DNA of 64,000 bases from Balneolales bacterium (GCA_041749075.1 JBGTBY010000016.1:4015-68014), one strand, 5' to 3'. Shown: positions 36,804-46,413, numbered from the stretch's first letter. Made by a program: numbers and translations. The notes: generated from the letters alone by a model not told the origin.

Positions 36804-39368
36804 ATGAAAATCGCTTCTGTTCTTCTTCTGTCTCTAGGCTTAGTCGGCCAAATTTCTGCCCAAACCACCATCCGCATCAATGAAATCATCGCTAGTAATG
36901 GCAGTGGAATCCGAGATGCGTTCGGCGACCGTTCCGATTGGATTGAGTTGCATAATTATGGTCCGGCGTCCATCGATCTGACGGGCTACTTCCTGACCGA
37001 TTCTCCCACGAATCATACTAAATGGAGCTTCCCGAGCGCTTCCATTCCTTCGAATTCGTATATGATCGTCTTTGCTTCAAGCAGGAATATCGTATCCGGC
37101 TCGGAAGTGCATACCAGTTTCGCATTGGCCAAAGGTGGGGAATTTGTAGGTTTGCGCACACCAGCGGGAGTGGTGGTCGATACGGTGACGTTTGGTCCGC
37201 AAGAAAATGATATCTCCTATGGTCGAACCACATCAGCGCCGCACGGATGGGTATTTTTTAATACACCCACACCAAGGTCAGCCAATGGGAACGCCTTTGA
37301 AGGATTTGTGCAAGCACCGCAATTCAGCCATCGAGGCGGGTTTTTAAATACTCCCATCACATTGACGATGACTCCCGCTTCACCCGGCGACCAAATTTAT
37401 TATACGACGGATGGAGTGACGCCCACATCCGCATCCACATTGTATTCGGTTCCGATTCAAATCAACACCAATACTCCAATTCGAGCGATTTCCACCAAGC
37501 CGGGATTCGTGTCGAGTGCGGTGATCACGCATACGTATCTGTTCAATGAACCGGCGACCTTGCCTGTCATTTCGATTGTGACCGATCCCGATGGATTGTT
37601 CAGTGACCAGAACGGGATTTATGTTCGAGGCACGAACGGAATCGGTGCGAAATGCGATCCCACACCTCGCAATGTGAATCAGGATTGGGAACGAGCCGCC
37701 AATTTCGAGCTGTATGAATCCAATGGACAGATGGGATTGAACCAAGTTGCTGGACTCAAAATCATGGGCGGATGTTCACGCTCCAGATATCCGCAAAAAT
37801 CTTTTTCCTTGCATGCGAGAGCCGTTTATGGGGATGGGAAATTCAGATATCCGATCTTCCCCGATCTTCAAATGGTGGAATATGATTCGTTCAATCTCCG
37901 CGCAGCGGCGGATGATCAAGTCCGCACGTTTTTACGAGATGCGTTCACCCAGCATGTGACCAATGAATTCATGGATGCGGATCTGGGAGCGTATCGTCCG
38001 GCTGTTGTCTATCTGAATGGCGTGTATTGGGGGATCCATAACATCCGTGAGCGGCAGAACAATCATTATCTGGCTGGAAATTATGGCTTGGATCCAAATA
38101 AGGTGAACCTGTTGGATAACGATGCGGTAGTGAAGGATGGGAGCAGCGCGGCGTTCCTCACTCTTCGAACCTACATACAGGATATGGATATGACCAATCC
38201 AACCAACTACGCCTATGTAAAAACGAAACTGGATGTGGATCAGTTCAGCGAATATCATCTTGCGAATATCTACACCGCAGAAGAAGATTGGCCGGGGAAC
38301 AATGTGGCATTCTGGAATGCTCCCGAAGATGGGTATGAACGATGGAGATGGATCCAGTACGACCGCGACCATTCGTTCAAGACCACCCAACTGAATGTGA
38401 ACAATCTTGAGATGGCCACGGATGTGGATTGCAGATGTGATAATTGGCCGAATCCGCCTTGGTCAACCGTCATCCTTCGGAAATTGCTGACCAATACCGA
38501 ATTCAAAAACCGGTTCATCCAATTGTATGCCTTTCATTTGAACACGACCTATGATCCGGATCGAGTGATCGCCATTTTGGACACCTTCGAAACCCGGCTT
38601 GAAGCGGAAATGCCACGACATATCGGAAAATGGGGCGGACAACGGGTCCCGGATCTGAATTCATCCAACCAATGGATTCTGCCGAATTTCGCGACGATGG
38701 ACGAATGGCGTGCGAATGTGAATGATATCCGCCAGTTCGCCCAGCAACGCCCTGTCGTTGCCATCAATCATCTCAATGCCAAGTTCGGCCTGAACGGCCG
38801 ATCCCAGCTGACCGTGGCAACCACAGATTGGACCGACGGCATCATATCCCTGCTACATAAGCCACTTCGGGCCGACATCGCCACAGGGCAGTATTTCAAG
38901 AATGTCCCCCTCACGCTGACTGCCGTACCCCGCACTGGCCGGGTGTTTTCACATTGGGTTGTGAGTGTCGGCGCTTCACAAACGGAGGAGGTTTCGACAA
39001 CACTGAACCTCACCCTTCAAACCGACACACATGTCGAAGCGGTTTATCTGATCGATACCTCGGTCGATGATCGCACCGATTCCACCTCGCCATTCGCCAC
39101 GGCATTGGATCAGAATTTCCCGAATCCGTTTAATCCATCTACAATTGTAGGTTTTCAAGTGGGGACGCAAGATCTTGCGTCCGTACAAGTGAGATTAGCT
39201 GTTTATGATCTTTTGGGACGAGAAGTCGCGGTTCTGGTGGACGGTATAATACCAGCTGGCGAACATAGTATAAATTTTGATGCCTCGACGCTCGCAAGCG
39301 GTATATATATCTATCGCTTACAGGTGGGCTCAGAGGTATATATTAAGCGCATGACTTTATTAAAGTGA
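36804..39368 (+). CDS. T9SS-secreted CotH kinase-family protein (lamin-tail domain, Fn3-like, CotH, CTD)
   Basis: INEI..DWIELHN (lamin tail), YYTTDG, LNGVYWGIHNIRE, DWPGNN, WRWIQYD and QNFPNPFNPST...MTLLK CTD. Confidence 0.9.
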   Translation: MKIASVLLLSLGLVGQISAQTTIRINEIIASNGSGIRDAFGDRSDWIELHNYGPASIDLTGYFLTDSPTNHTKWSFPSASIPSNSYMIVFASSRNIVSGSEVHTSFALAKGGEFVGLRTPAGVVVDTVTFGPQENDISYGRTTSAPHGWVFFNTPTPRSANGNAFEGFVQAPQFSHRGGFLNTPITLTMTPASPGDQIYYTTDGVTPTSASTLYSVPIQINTNTPIRAISTKPGFVSSAVITHTYLFNEPATLPVISIVTDPDGLFSDQNGIYVRGTNGIGAKCDPTPRNVNQDWERAANFELYESNGQMGLNQVAGLKIMGGCSRSRYPQKSFSLHARAVYGDGKFRYPIFPDLQMVEYDSFNLRAAADDQVRTFLRDAFTQHVTNEFMDADLGAYRPAVVYLNGVYWGIHNIRERQNNHYLAGNYGLDPNKVNLLDNDAVVKDGSSAAFLTLRTYIQDMDMTNPTNYAYVKTKLDVDQFSEYHLANIYTAEEDWPGNNVAFWNAPEDGYERWRWIQYDRDHSFKTTQLNVNNLEMATDVDCRCDNWPNPPWSTVILRKLLTNTEFKNRFIQLYAFHLNTTYDPDRVIAILDTFETRLEAEMPRHIGKWGGQRVPDLNSSNQWILPNFATMDEWRANVNDIRQFAQQRPVVAINHLNAKFGLNGRSQLTVATTDWTDGIISLLHKPLRADIATGQYFKNVPLTLTAVPRTGRVFSHWVVSVGASQTEEVSTTLNLTLQTDTHVEAVYLIDTSVDDRTDSTSPFATALDQNFPNPFNPSTIVGFQVGTQDLASVQVRLAVYDLLGREVAVLVDGIIPAGEHSINFDASTLASGIYIYRLQVGSEVYIKRMTLLK
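39159..39186 (+). repeat. REP-like palindrome inside the CDS
   Basis: GTGG-GGACGCAAGATCTTGCGTCC-GTAC with a perfect 20-bp palindrome at 39163-39182. Confidence 0.75.
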
Positions 39369-39370
39369 CC

Positions 39371-39404
39371 GATTCCTGATTCCTGATTCCTGATTCCCGA
39401 TTTC
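39371..39404 (+). repeat. Heptamer tandem repeat (GATTCCT)x~5
   Basis: gattcct gattcct gattcct gattccc gatttc directly before the meaB ATG. Confidence 0.9.
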
Positions 39405-40322
39405 ATGACCCGAAGAGAACTTGCCAAAGCACTCACTCTGATCGAAAGCACTCGGACTGAAGATCAGGTCGCGGCTCGGGAATTGCTGACATCCGCCCTC
39501 CCTAAATCCGGAAATGCATGGCGCATCGCAATATCCGGTGTTCCGGGTGTCGGTAAAAGCACGTTCATCGAATCATTCGGTTTGATGTTGGCCGATGCGG
39601 GTCACAATATCGCCGTGCTGGCCGTGGATCCAAGCAGTCCGGTAAGCGGAGGAAGCATCCTGGGCGACAAAACCCGCATGGAAAAGTTGTCCGCACACCC
39701 GAATGCGTTTATTCGTCCAACTCCGACATCCGGCTCCTTAGGTGGCGTGGCGCGCCGGACCCGCGAATCCATTCTCCTATGCGAAGCCTCGGGTTATGAC
39801 ATCATCCTCGTCGAAACGGTAGGTGTAGGACAAAGCGAGTTCGAAGTCGCCGCATTATGCGATGTTTTCCTTTTGCTGATGCTGCCCGGTGCCGGCGACA
39901 GCCTTCAAGGCATCAAACGCGGCATCCTTGAATTGGCCGATCTGATTGTCGTGAACAAGGCTGATGGGGAAAACATCCATCGCGCGGAAGCGGCCAAATC
40001 GGAACTCGAACAAGCACTGATGATCCTTGGAAGCGGAAAAAACCCCATAGTCTTGAGCTGCAGCGCCCTGGAATCTTTGGGCCTGACCGACATCTGGGCA
40101 GAGATCGACTCCCATCTCACTCAATCGAAGTCCGACGGAAGCCTCTTCGAACGCCGCCAAGAGCAGACCAAGGCCTGGCTCAAACGAACCATCAACGACC
40201 AAATTCTGGATTCGGTTTGGATGGATGCCCAGCGGAGCCAACAGTTTGACGAGTTGACAAGGGATGTGCTTGCAGGAAAAAGCACCCCGTATGAAGCCAT
40301 AGAGCGCTTTTTGAAGGATTGA
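39405..40322 (+). CDS. meaB: Methylmalonyl-CoA mutase GTPase chaperone MeaB
   Basis: [35 protein letters not shown] and NKAD motifs. Confidence 0.96.
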   Translation: MTRRELAKALTLIESTRTEDQVAARELLTSALPKSGNAWRIAISGVPGVGKSTFIESFGLMLADAGHNIAVLAVDPSSPVSGGSILGDKTRMEKLSAHPNAFIRPTPTSGSLGGVARRTRESILLCEASGYDIILVETVGVGQSEFEVAALCDVFLLLMLPGAGDSLQGIKRGILELADLIVVNKADGENIHRAEAAKSELEQALMILGSGKNPIVLSCSALESLGLTDIWAEIDSHLTQSKSDGSLFERRQEQTKAWLKRTINDQILDSVWMDAQRSQQFDELTRDVLAGKSTPYEAIERFLKD

Positions 40323-40338
40323 CCTTTTTTTACACCAA

Positions 40339-40387
40339 TACTTGTTGCAACAACATATGTTTACCCATATATTTGTTTCAACAAGTA
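40339..40387. promoter_or_regulatory. Twin palindromic operators at the yceI promoter
   Basis: TTGTTGCAACAA (40342-40353) and TTGTTTCAACAA (40373-40384); the second overlaps a TATATTTG box. Confidence 0.65.
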
Positions 40388-40423
40388 ATTCAACCTACAA
40401 CAAACCACTAATTACAAACGATT

Positions 40424-40948
40424 ATGGCTACCTGGACACTCGACAAAGCCCACACCGAAATCCGCTTCAAAGCGAAACACTTGATGATCACCACGGTTAC
40501 CGGTGAGTTCAAAGAGTATGATGCGACCGTAAACGCAACCAGTGACGATTTCGCTAGCGCGGAAATCTCCTTCAGTGCGAAAACCTCAACGATCGATACG
40601 GGTAGTACGCAACGCGACGAACACCTGCGTTCCGACGATTTTTTCAATTCCCAAACCTACCCTGAATTGGTGTTCAAAGCCAATGGCATGACCAAAACCG
40701 GCGATGGAACGTACAGCGTGGCTGGCCACATGACCATCCGCGACGTGACCAAGCCAGTGACGTTGAATGTGGAGTTGGGCGGATTCGTTCAAGATCCCTG
40801 GGGTCAGACCAAAGCCGGATTCTCTTTCTCAGGAAAGCTGAACCGCAAAGATTTCGGTCTGAAATTTCACGTGGTGAACGAAGCCGGTAACTTGCTTGTG
40901 AGCGACGAAATCAAGCTCGAAGGCGAGATCCAGTTGTTGAAAGCTTAA
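40424..40948 (+). CDS. yceI: YceI-family lipid/polyisoprenoid-binding protein
   Basis: WTLDKAHTEIRF, RDEHLRSDDFF, DPWG and NRKDFG motifs. Confidence 0.93.
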   Translation: MATWTLDKAHTEIRFKAKHLMITTVTGEFKEYDATVNATSDDFASAEISFSAKTSTIDTGSTQRDEHLRSDDFFNSQTYPELVFKANGMTKTGDGTYSVAGHMTIRDVTKPVTLNVELGGFVQDPWGQTKAGFSFSGKLNRKDFGLKFHVVNEAGNLLVSDEIKLEGEIQLLKA

Positions 40949-41238
40949 TGCTTCAGCCAACTCACATCTGATACAACGGCCACGCCGCCATGGCGTGACA
41001 ATTCGGACCTCAGCGATTCTTTCACGGCCTCAAAGGCCTCGGTGGTGAGATAACAAATGATCATCACGTTGATGAAGGTTTCGCTGAGGCCTCTGCCGTC
41101 CTGGACGCCGCGATCTCCACGCCCGGACACATCCCGGATCATCGAGTAGTGTTTGATGCCATGTCGTTCGAGAAGAGTCAGAACGGCCTTCGCTTCCGGA
41201 TTGATGACAATGATTTCGAGTCTTTTTCGTGCGTCCAT
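40945..41238 (-). CDS. sbtB: PII-like protein SbtB
   Basis: KRLEIIV, YSMIRDVSGRGDRG and GGVAVVSD motifs; directly downstream of sbtA. Confidence 0.85.
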   Translation of the reverse strand: MDARKRLEIIVINPEAKAVLTLLERHGIKHYSMIRDVSGRGDRGVQDGRGLSETFINVMIICYLTTEAFEAVKESLRSELSRHGGVAVVSDVSWLKH

Positions 41239-41240
41239 GG

Positions 41241-42185
41241 TCAGAGAATGGTTTGGAGAATGCTCAGATACAACGGAAATCCGACAATCAGATTAAACGG
41301 AAACGTGATCGCTAGGGACATCGGAACGTAGAGTCCCGCATTCGCACTCGGTATGGCGACCCGTAGCGCAGCAGGCACGGCAATATAGGATGCGGACGCG
41401 CTGAGTACCGTAAGCAGAAACGCATCTCCTACGGATAGCGAAAGCGCCCATGATAGGGCGATAGCCGCCGCCGCCGACCCTAACGGGATAAGGATAGAGG
41501 CCAATACCGTGATCCAACCCGACTCGCGTAACGCTCGCACTCGCTTGCTGGCCACCAGCCCCATATCCAGTAGAAAGAGCATCAGCATACCTTGAAAAAT
41601 GGATTCGGTGAAGGGTTTGACGCGTTCGAGGGCCGATGAGTCGGCGATGAACCCGATCACCAAAGCACCGAGAATGAGCAGAACAGAGCCATTTGTGACC
41701 GATTCCCAATTGGAATGTCCTTTAGTTTGGACCACGCCCACACTATTGCGTTTATATAACCAAAGCCCGACGATGATGGCCGGTGCTTCCATAAGGGCAA
41801 GAGCTGCGACCATGTGTCCGCCGAAGGCGATGTCGAGCTGGGTGAGGTGGTTCACGGCTGTCACGAACGTGACCGCACTGACCGACCCATATGTGGCTGC
41901 GATAGCGGCCTTGTCTTCATTCCGATATCGGTTACCTAAGCTGACGTACACGACGAAAGGAATCACTGCCGATAGAAGTACTGCCACGGAAAGGGTGAAA
42001 AATATACTTGCCGTAAGTGGATTCGCTGCGATTTGCACACCGCCTTTCAGTCCGATGCTCATCAACAGGTAGAACGACAGGAACTTGGAAATCGGTTGTG
42101 GAATTTCCATATCCGAATTCACCAACGTCGCGAAAAACCCTAATCCGAAGAAGAGGATGGCGGGGTTGAGTAGATTATCGAACAT
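41241..42185 (-). CDS. sbtA: Sodium-dependent bicarbonate transporter SbtA family
   Basis: YLLMSIGLKGG, YGSVSAVTF, MEAPAI, FLLDMG, SASYIAVPAA and TFPFN motifs; start ATG 42185. Confidence 0.93.
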   Translation of the reverse strand: MFDNLLNPAILFFGLGFFATLVNSDMEIPQPISKFLSFYLLMSIGLKGGVQIAANPLTASIFFTLSVAVLLSAVIPFVVYVSLGNRYRNEDKAAIAATYGSVSAVTFVTAVNHLTQLDIAFGGHMVAALALMEAPAIIVGLWLYKRNSVGVVQTKGHSNWESVTNGSVLLILGALVIGFIADSSALERVKPFTESIFQGMLMLFLLDMGLVASKRVRALRESGWITVLASILIPLGSAAAAIALSWALSLSVGDAFLLTVLSASASYIAVPAALRVAIPSANAGLYVPMSLAITFPFNLIVGFPLYLSILQTIL

Positions 42186-42187
42186 GC

Positions 42188-42691
42188 TCAGCCGAGTAAG
42201 GATTGGATGCGACCGAACTGGACCAAATGCCGTTCGGTGTGGATGATGGTGAACCAAGCCCATTCGCCACGAGTGAGTTGGCCGAACAATGGGTGGCCGA
42301 ACCGAGTGCACAGCACATTCAGATCGGCGGAGGCAACCTCATTGCGGAAGTTTGCCCGCGATTCGGAAAATTTTTGGATCACCTCGTGGATTTCCATGGC
42401 TTCATTGCCCGGAATGAGCATGCCGAAAGCGGAGAGTTTGGACTCGAAATCGCCGAACCGGGTGCGCATTTGATCCACTTTTTCAAGAGGATCGCGATCG
42501 CAGGGTTCGGTGGTGCCTCGTACCACGCGGGTCATGACGGCATCCGAGCGGGTGAGGTGGTCGACCACTTGGGCAAGCGACCAGACCGCTGAATTGGGTT
42601 TCCGGTTGATGAAATCGGTATCCAGCGCACCGATGGCGTCAAGTACCTCTTGGGTGTTTCGATCGATGGCGGTTAGAACGGAGTCGGTCAT
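42188..42691 (-). CDS. DinB-family protein
   Basis: WSLAQVVDHL, HPLFGQL and HTERHLVQ His triad; start ATG 42691. Confidence 0.9.
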   Translation of the reverse strand: MTDSVLTAIDRNTQEVLDAIGALDTDFINRKPNSAVWSLAQVVDHLTRSDAVMTRVVRGTTEPCDRDPLEKVDQMRTRFGDFESKLSAFGMLIPGNEAMEIHEVIQKFSESRANFRNEVASADLNVLCTRFGHPLFGQLTRGEWAWFTIIHTERHLVQFGRIQSLLG

Positions 42692-43173
42692 AGGGCTTCT
42701 TTGATCAAGTCTAAAATATCGAGTGGGCGGGAGACCATTTGAACGGAGCCATCGGCGGAACGAGGCCAATACTCCATGGGATGATCCCAGTACAATTCGA
42801 CGCCGTTTTGGTCGGGATCGTCGAGGTAAATGGCATGTGACACGCCATGGTCGGATGAGCCCGTGAGCGGATAATCGGCTTCGACGAGTCGGCGTACCAC
42901 GGTGGCGAGGTCGCGCCGGGTGGGGTATAGGATGGCGGTGTGATACAGGCCAGCGCTGTGTTTGGGAGCTGGCGGCGCGCCGAGGCTCTCCCATGTATTT
43001 AAGCCGATATGGTGGTGATAGCCACCGGCCGAAATGAACGCGGCCTGTGCACCAAATTTCTGCATGAGCTGAAAACCAAGCAGGCCACAGTAGAAATCCA
43101 GCGCACGCTGCAGATCAATCACTTTCAAGTGCACGTGCCCGATGCGGGTATTGGCAGGAATGACATAGTCCAT
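42688..43173 (-). CDS. VOC/glyoxalase family protein (CatE-like single domain)
   Basis: IGHVHLKV, GGYHHHIGLNTW and DHGVSHAIYLDDPDQNGVELY motifs. Confidence 0.92.
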   Translation of the reverse strand: MDYVIPANTRIGHVHLKVIDLQRALDFYCGLLGFQLMQKFGAQAAFISAGGYHHHIGLNTWESLGAPPAPKHSAGLYHTAILYPTRRDLATVVRRLVEADYPLTGSSDHGVSHAIYLDDPDQNGVELYWDHPMEYWPRSADGSVQMVSRPLDILDLIKEAL

Positions 43174-43176
43174 TGG

Positions 43177-43327
43177 ACGTGGAAATGTGAAAGCGTGAAA
43201 GCGTGAAAACGTAAAAACGTTGACCTAAATTAGTGATTTCTGAACTACTGATTTGATTTCCGATTCCTGATTTCCGCTTACCTTACTGAACGCTTTCACG
43301 CTTTCACGTTTTTACGCTTTCACGCTT
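43177..43327. repeat. Inverted octamer arrays (GCGTGAAA)n ... (TTTCACGC)n
   Basis: Arrays at 43177-43221 and 43289-43327, with degenerate GATTYCY heptamers between them. Confidence 0.85.
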
Positions 43328-43332
43328 CTACC

Positions 43333-44466
43333 ATGTTTTTATCCGAAGACGAACGATTCCTCCGCGACGCCGCTGCTGATTTTGCCACCCAGATGATCGC
43401 CCCTCGAGTTCACGACATGGAAGTCAATTCCAAGCTCGATCCCGATCTGGTCAAAGCCTTTTTCGAGCAAGGACTCATGGGCATCGACATCCCCGAAGCG
43501 TATCAGGGAAGTGGTGGCACGTTCATGATGTCGATTTTGGCGATCGAAGAGATCTCGAAAGTGGATGCATCCGTCGGCGTGTTCATGGATGTTCAGAACA
43601 CCTTGGTGAACAATGCGTTCCGAACTTGGGGAAATGAGGAGATCAAAACCCGCTTCCTTCCTCGACTGGCGAATGACACGGTTGGTGCGTATGCCTTATC
43701 TGAAACGAGTTCCGGTTCAGACGCCTTCGCCCTGAAATGTCGTGCAGTGAAGAAAGGGGATGAGTATGTGATCAACGGCAACAAAATGTGGATCACGAAT
43801 GGAAATGAGGCGGATATTTTCATTGTGTTCGCGAATGTGAATCCGGATGCCGGATACAAAGGGATCACCGCATTTGTGGTGGAGCGAGGCATGAAGGGCT
43901 TCACGGTCGGACGTAAAGAAGACAAGCTCGGTATCCGGGCGAGTTCCACAACAGAACTGATTTTCGAGGATTGCGTGGTACCATCGAAGAATATTCTGGG
44001 TACGGAAGGAGTCGGGTATAAAGTGGCAATCGAAACCTTGAATGAAGGCCGTATCGGCATAGGGGCTCAAATGATCGGATTGGCGCAAGGTGCTTTTGCA
44101 GCGGCATTGGCCTATTCCAAAGAGCGAAAGCAATTCGGGAAACCGATCAGTTCCTTCCAAGGAATGCAATTCGAACTGGCGAAACTCGCAACGCGAATTG
44201 AAACGGCGAAATTGCTCGTGTACCAAGCGGCGCGACTGAAAGAAGCGGGGCAGCCGTTCCTGAAGGAAGCCGCCATGGCGAAGTATTATGCGTCGGAAGT
44301 GGCCGAATTAGTGACCTCATCCTGCGTGGAGATCTTCGGCGGATATGGCTATTCGAAAGAATACCCTGCGGAGAAATTTTATCGCGACGCAAAAATCGGG
44401 AAAATCTACGAAGGCACCAGCTTTATGCAGTTGCAGACTATCGCAAAGTTGATTCTGCAAGACTGA
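43333..44466 (+). CDS. Short/branched-chain acyl-CoA dehydrogenase
   Basis: ALSETSSGSDA, KMWITN, EDKLGIRAS, RKQFG and KIYEGT motifs. Confidence 0.95.
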   Translation: MFLSEDERFLRDAAADFATQMIAPRVHDMEVNSKLDPDLVKAFFEQGLMGIDIPEAYQGSGGTFMMSILAIEEISKVDASVGVFMDVQNTLVNNAFRTWGNEEIKTRFLPRLANDTVGAYALSETSSGSDAFALKCRAVKKGDEYVINGNKMWITNGNEADIFIVFANVNPDAGYKGITAFVVERGMKGFTVGRKEDKLGIRASSTTELIFEDCVVPSKNILGTEGVGYKVAIETLNEGRIGIGAQMIGLAQGAFAAALAYSKERKQFGKPISSFQGMQFELAKLATRIETAKLLVYQAARLKEAGQPFLKEAAMAKYYASEVAELVTSSCVEIFGGYGYSKEYPAEKFYRDAKIGKIYEGTSFMQLQTIAKLILQD

Positions 44467-46198
44467 TGTACTCCGAATTGAACTGGTACTCAGATTTTCT
44501 ACGGTCCGTGGCATAGACCGTTCGGATGATGTAAGATGCGCCATTCGGCAACGGACAAAACGTCTGCAACCGCGTCTCCAGTTTATCCAGCGTCACATTC
44601 CGAATTTTCCGGACATAATCCGGACTCGGATGTTTGGGTAGCAAAATCTCATCAACTTCGTCGTTAAGGACCACCTTATTTGACCCGAGAGCTACAAACA
44701 AGAGCAAAGCCAATTGTTTCTCCCGTCCATCAAATTCAATTTGATGTTTTTGATTGTGAATGGCGATGAGTTGTGTGTCGGTTTGTATCAGTTTAACAAG
44801 TGTGGTTGTCTCATTTTCTATCGAGGAGGCTTTTCGTCTGCGTACCGAGTAAATGATTCCTGATACGAAAATGATAAGAATGCCGATGTGCACCACTTGG
44901 GAACGCATCAGTCGTTCACCGAACGATTCAATAACCCAAGGTTCGACATCGATGATGTCGGATGGAACAAGAGTCAATTTTGCGACAAACACATCGTAGG
45001 AGGCATTTTGTTTAGGATTGTTGAAGAACCCATCCATCGCAAATCCAGTCCAGTAGACAGATCCGTTCTTGTGTTTTGTCATGGAGTGCCCATATGAGAA
45101 ACGGGATTGAATGTGATGAAAGCTTTCAGGCACCAAACGCCAATTCCGAACTTCGCCAAATACACCCACATCACCCTGAAAATGAACGGTGTTGAAAAAG
45201 GACCCGTTTGTCCAGCCGGTAAAGAGGAATGAATCGCCACCCGTTGCGATGATCTTTCTCAAAATAAAGTCATTTCCCGGATTGTAGTAGGTTTTGCGAG
45301 CGATCGTACCTGTGTTCCGATCCAACTTGACGATGTAGAAAATTCGGTTGGTGAAGTCATCTTTGCGATCGAAACGGCCATTGCCAGACCCGCCAGCCAA
45401 AACGTGCCCATCATCCGTTAAGCTAATAGAGGCACCGTAATCGTTGAATTGGCTTCCGTAATACTGTCCCCACAGAAACGTACCATCTTGATCATATTTC
45501 GCCACAAAGGTATCGATCAGACCTGAATTTGGGATTCCGAATAGGCTGTCGCTCATGCTATGGCCCGTTACGTACAGTCCCCCAAGTTCATCCATAGTAA
45601 TTTCACGAGCAAGACTGTAGTTATTGGTGGTGATATCGCGTTTCCAAATAACCGAACCTATAGAATCGATTTTGGCAATGAACCCGAAGTAGTTGGAATC
45701 TCTTTCCCGGTTCGCTCTTCCGGTGATCACGTAATGCCCAGAGTCCAATTTAATGAAGTGATAGATGGTCACATTACGACCGATGAGAACTTGAAAACTG
45801 GATACCAGTTCACCGGTGTCGAGTCGAAGTCTTGAAAGGGTCGTACCGATCCGATTGTCGATATTGCTTTCCGTAGCCACAATCAAGTGGGTATCGTCAA
45901 CCATTACATGTTGCCCTTCCGAACCCGATCCGAAATCAAATGTCTGTTCCCAAGCCAAATCACCGTTTGGTGTGAACTTGACCAGATATAACAATCGTGA
46001 GCTTTCATCACCAAGAAGCTGACTATGCCCAGTAGCGTATGAGTTGCCTTGTGAGTCTGTTGCGATCGCATGGCTTCGTTCGACCCTCATATCGCCAGCT
46101 ATTGCAATCCACTGCTTCTGGTAACGGAGTTGCTGGGCAAATCCATTGGTCGAGAGTAGCCCAAGTAGTGCAAATTGGAGGATAAAAAAATTAAGCAT
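44438..46198 (-). CDS. SBBP-type beta-propeller, TM helix and cytoplasmic winged-helix-like tail (putative one-component sensor)
   Basis: IATDSQGNSYATG and DTFVAKYDQDG repeats, TM (VVHIGILIIFVSGIIYSV-RRRK), C-terminal IRNVTLDKL...DRRKSEY. Confidence 0.7.
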   Translation of the reverse strand: MLNFFILQFALLGLLSTNGFAQQLRYQKQWIAIAGDMRVERSHAIATDSQGNSYATGHSQLLGDESSRLLYLVKFTPNGDLAWEQTFDFGSGSEGQHVMVDDTHLIVATESNIDNRIGTTLSRLRLDTGELVSSFQVLIGRNVTIYHFIKLDSGHYVITGRANRERDSNYFGFIAKIDSIGSVIWKRDITTNNYSLAREITMDELGGLYVTGHSMSDSLFGIPNSGLIDTFVAKYDQDGTFLWGQYYGSQFNDYGASISLTDDGHVLAGGSGNGRFDRKDDFTNRIFYIVKLDRNTGTIARKTYYNPGNDFILRKIIATGGDSFLFTGWTNGSFFNTVHFQGDVGVFGEVRNWRLVPESFHHIQSRFSYGHSMTKHKNGSVYWTGFAMDGFFNNPKQNASYDVFVAKLTLVPSDIIDVEPWVIESFGERLMRSQVVHIGILIIFVSGIIYSVRRRKASSIENETTTLVKLIQTDTQLIAIHNQKHQIEFDGREKQLALLLFVALGSNKVVLNDEVDEILLPKHPSPDYVRKIRNVTLDKLETRLQTFCPLPNGASYIIRTVYATDRRKSEYQFNSEYISLAESTLR

Positions 46199-46377
46199 TG
46201 GGGTCTGAACGAAAGCGACACGTCTTAAGCCTGAGTATAGTGTATTCTAAGCTTTTAAACAAAGGGTTCGGTTCGGGTTCGCATTCGGTTCGGATTCAGG
46301 CTTCTTATCCCACTATCGGCAAGATACATTGTAGGAATAGTTAAGAAGACACGATCTAGAGACGCGCTAAGCGTATG

Positions 46378-46413
46378 ACCCCATAATCCTGAATCCGATT
46401 GTGGGGTTTTTTT
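46378..46413 (+). terminator. Terminator-like hairpin
   Basis: ACCCCATAATC...GATTGTGGGGT followed by a T-run on the + strand. Confidence 0.6.
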
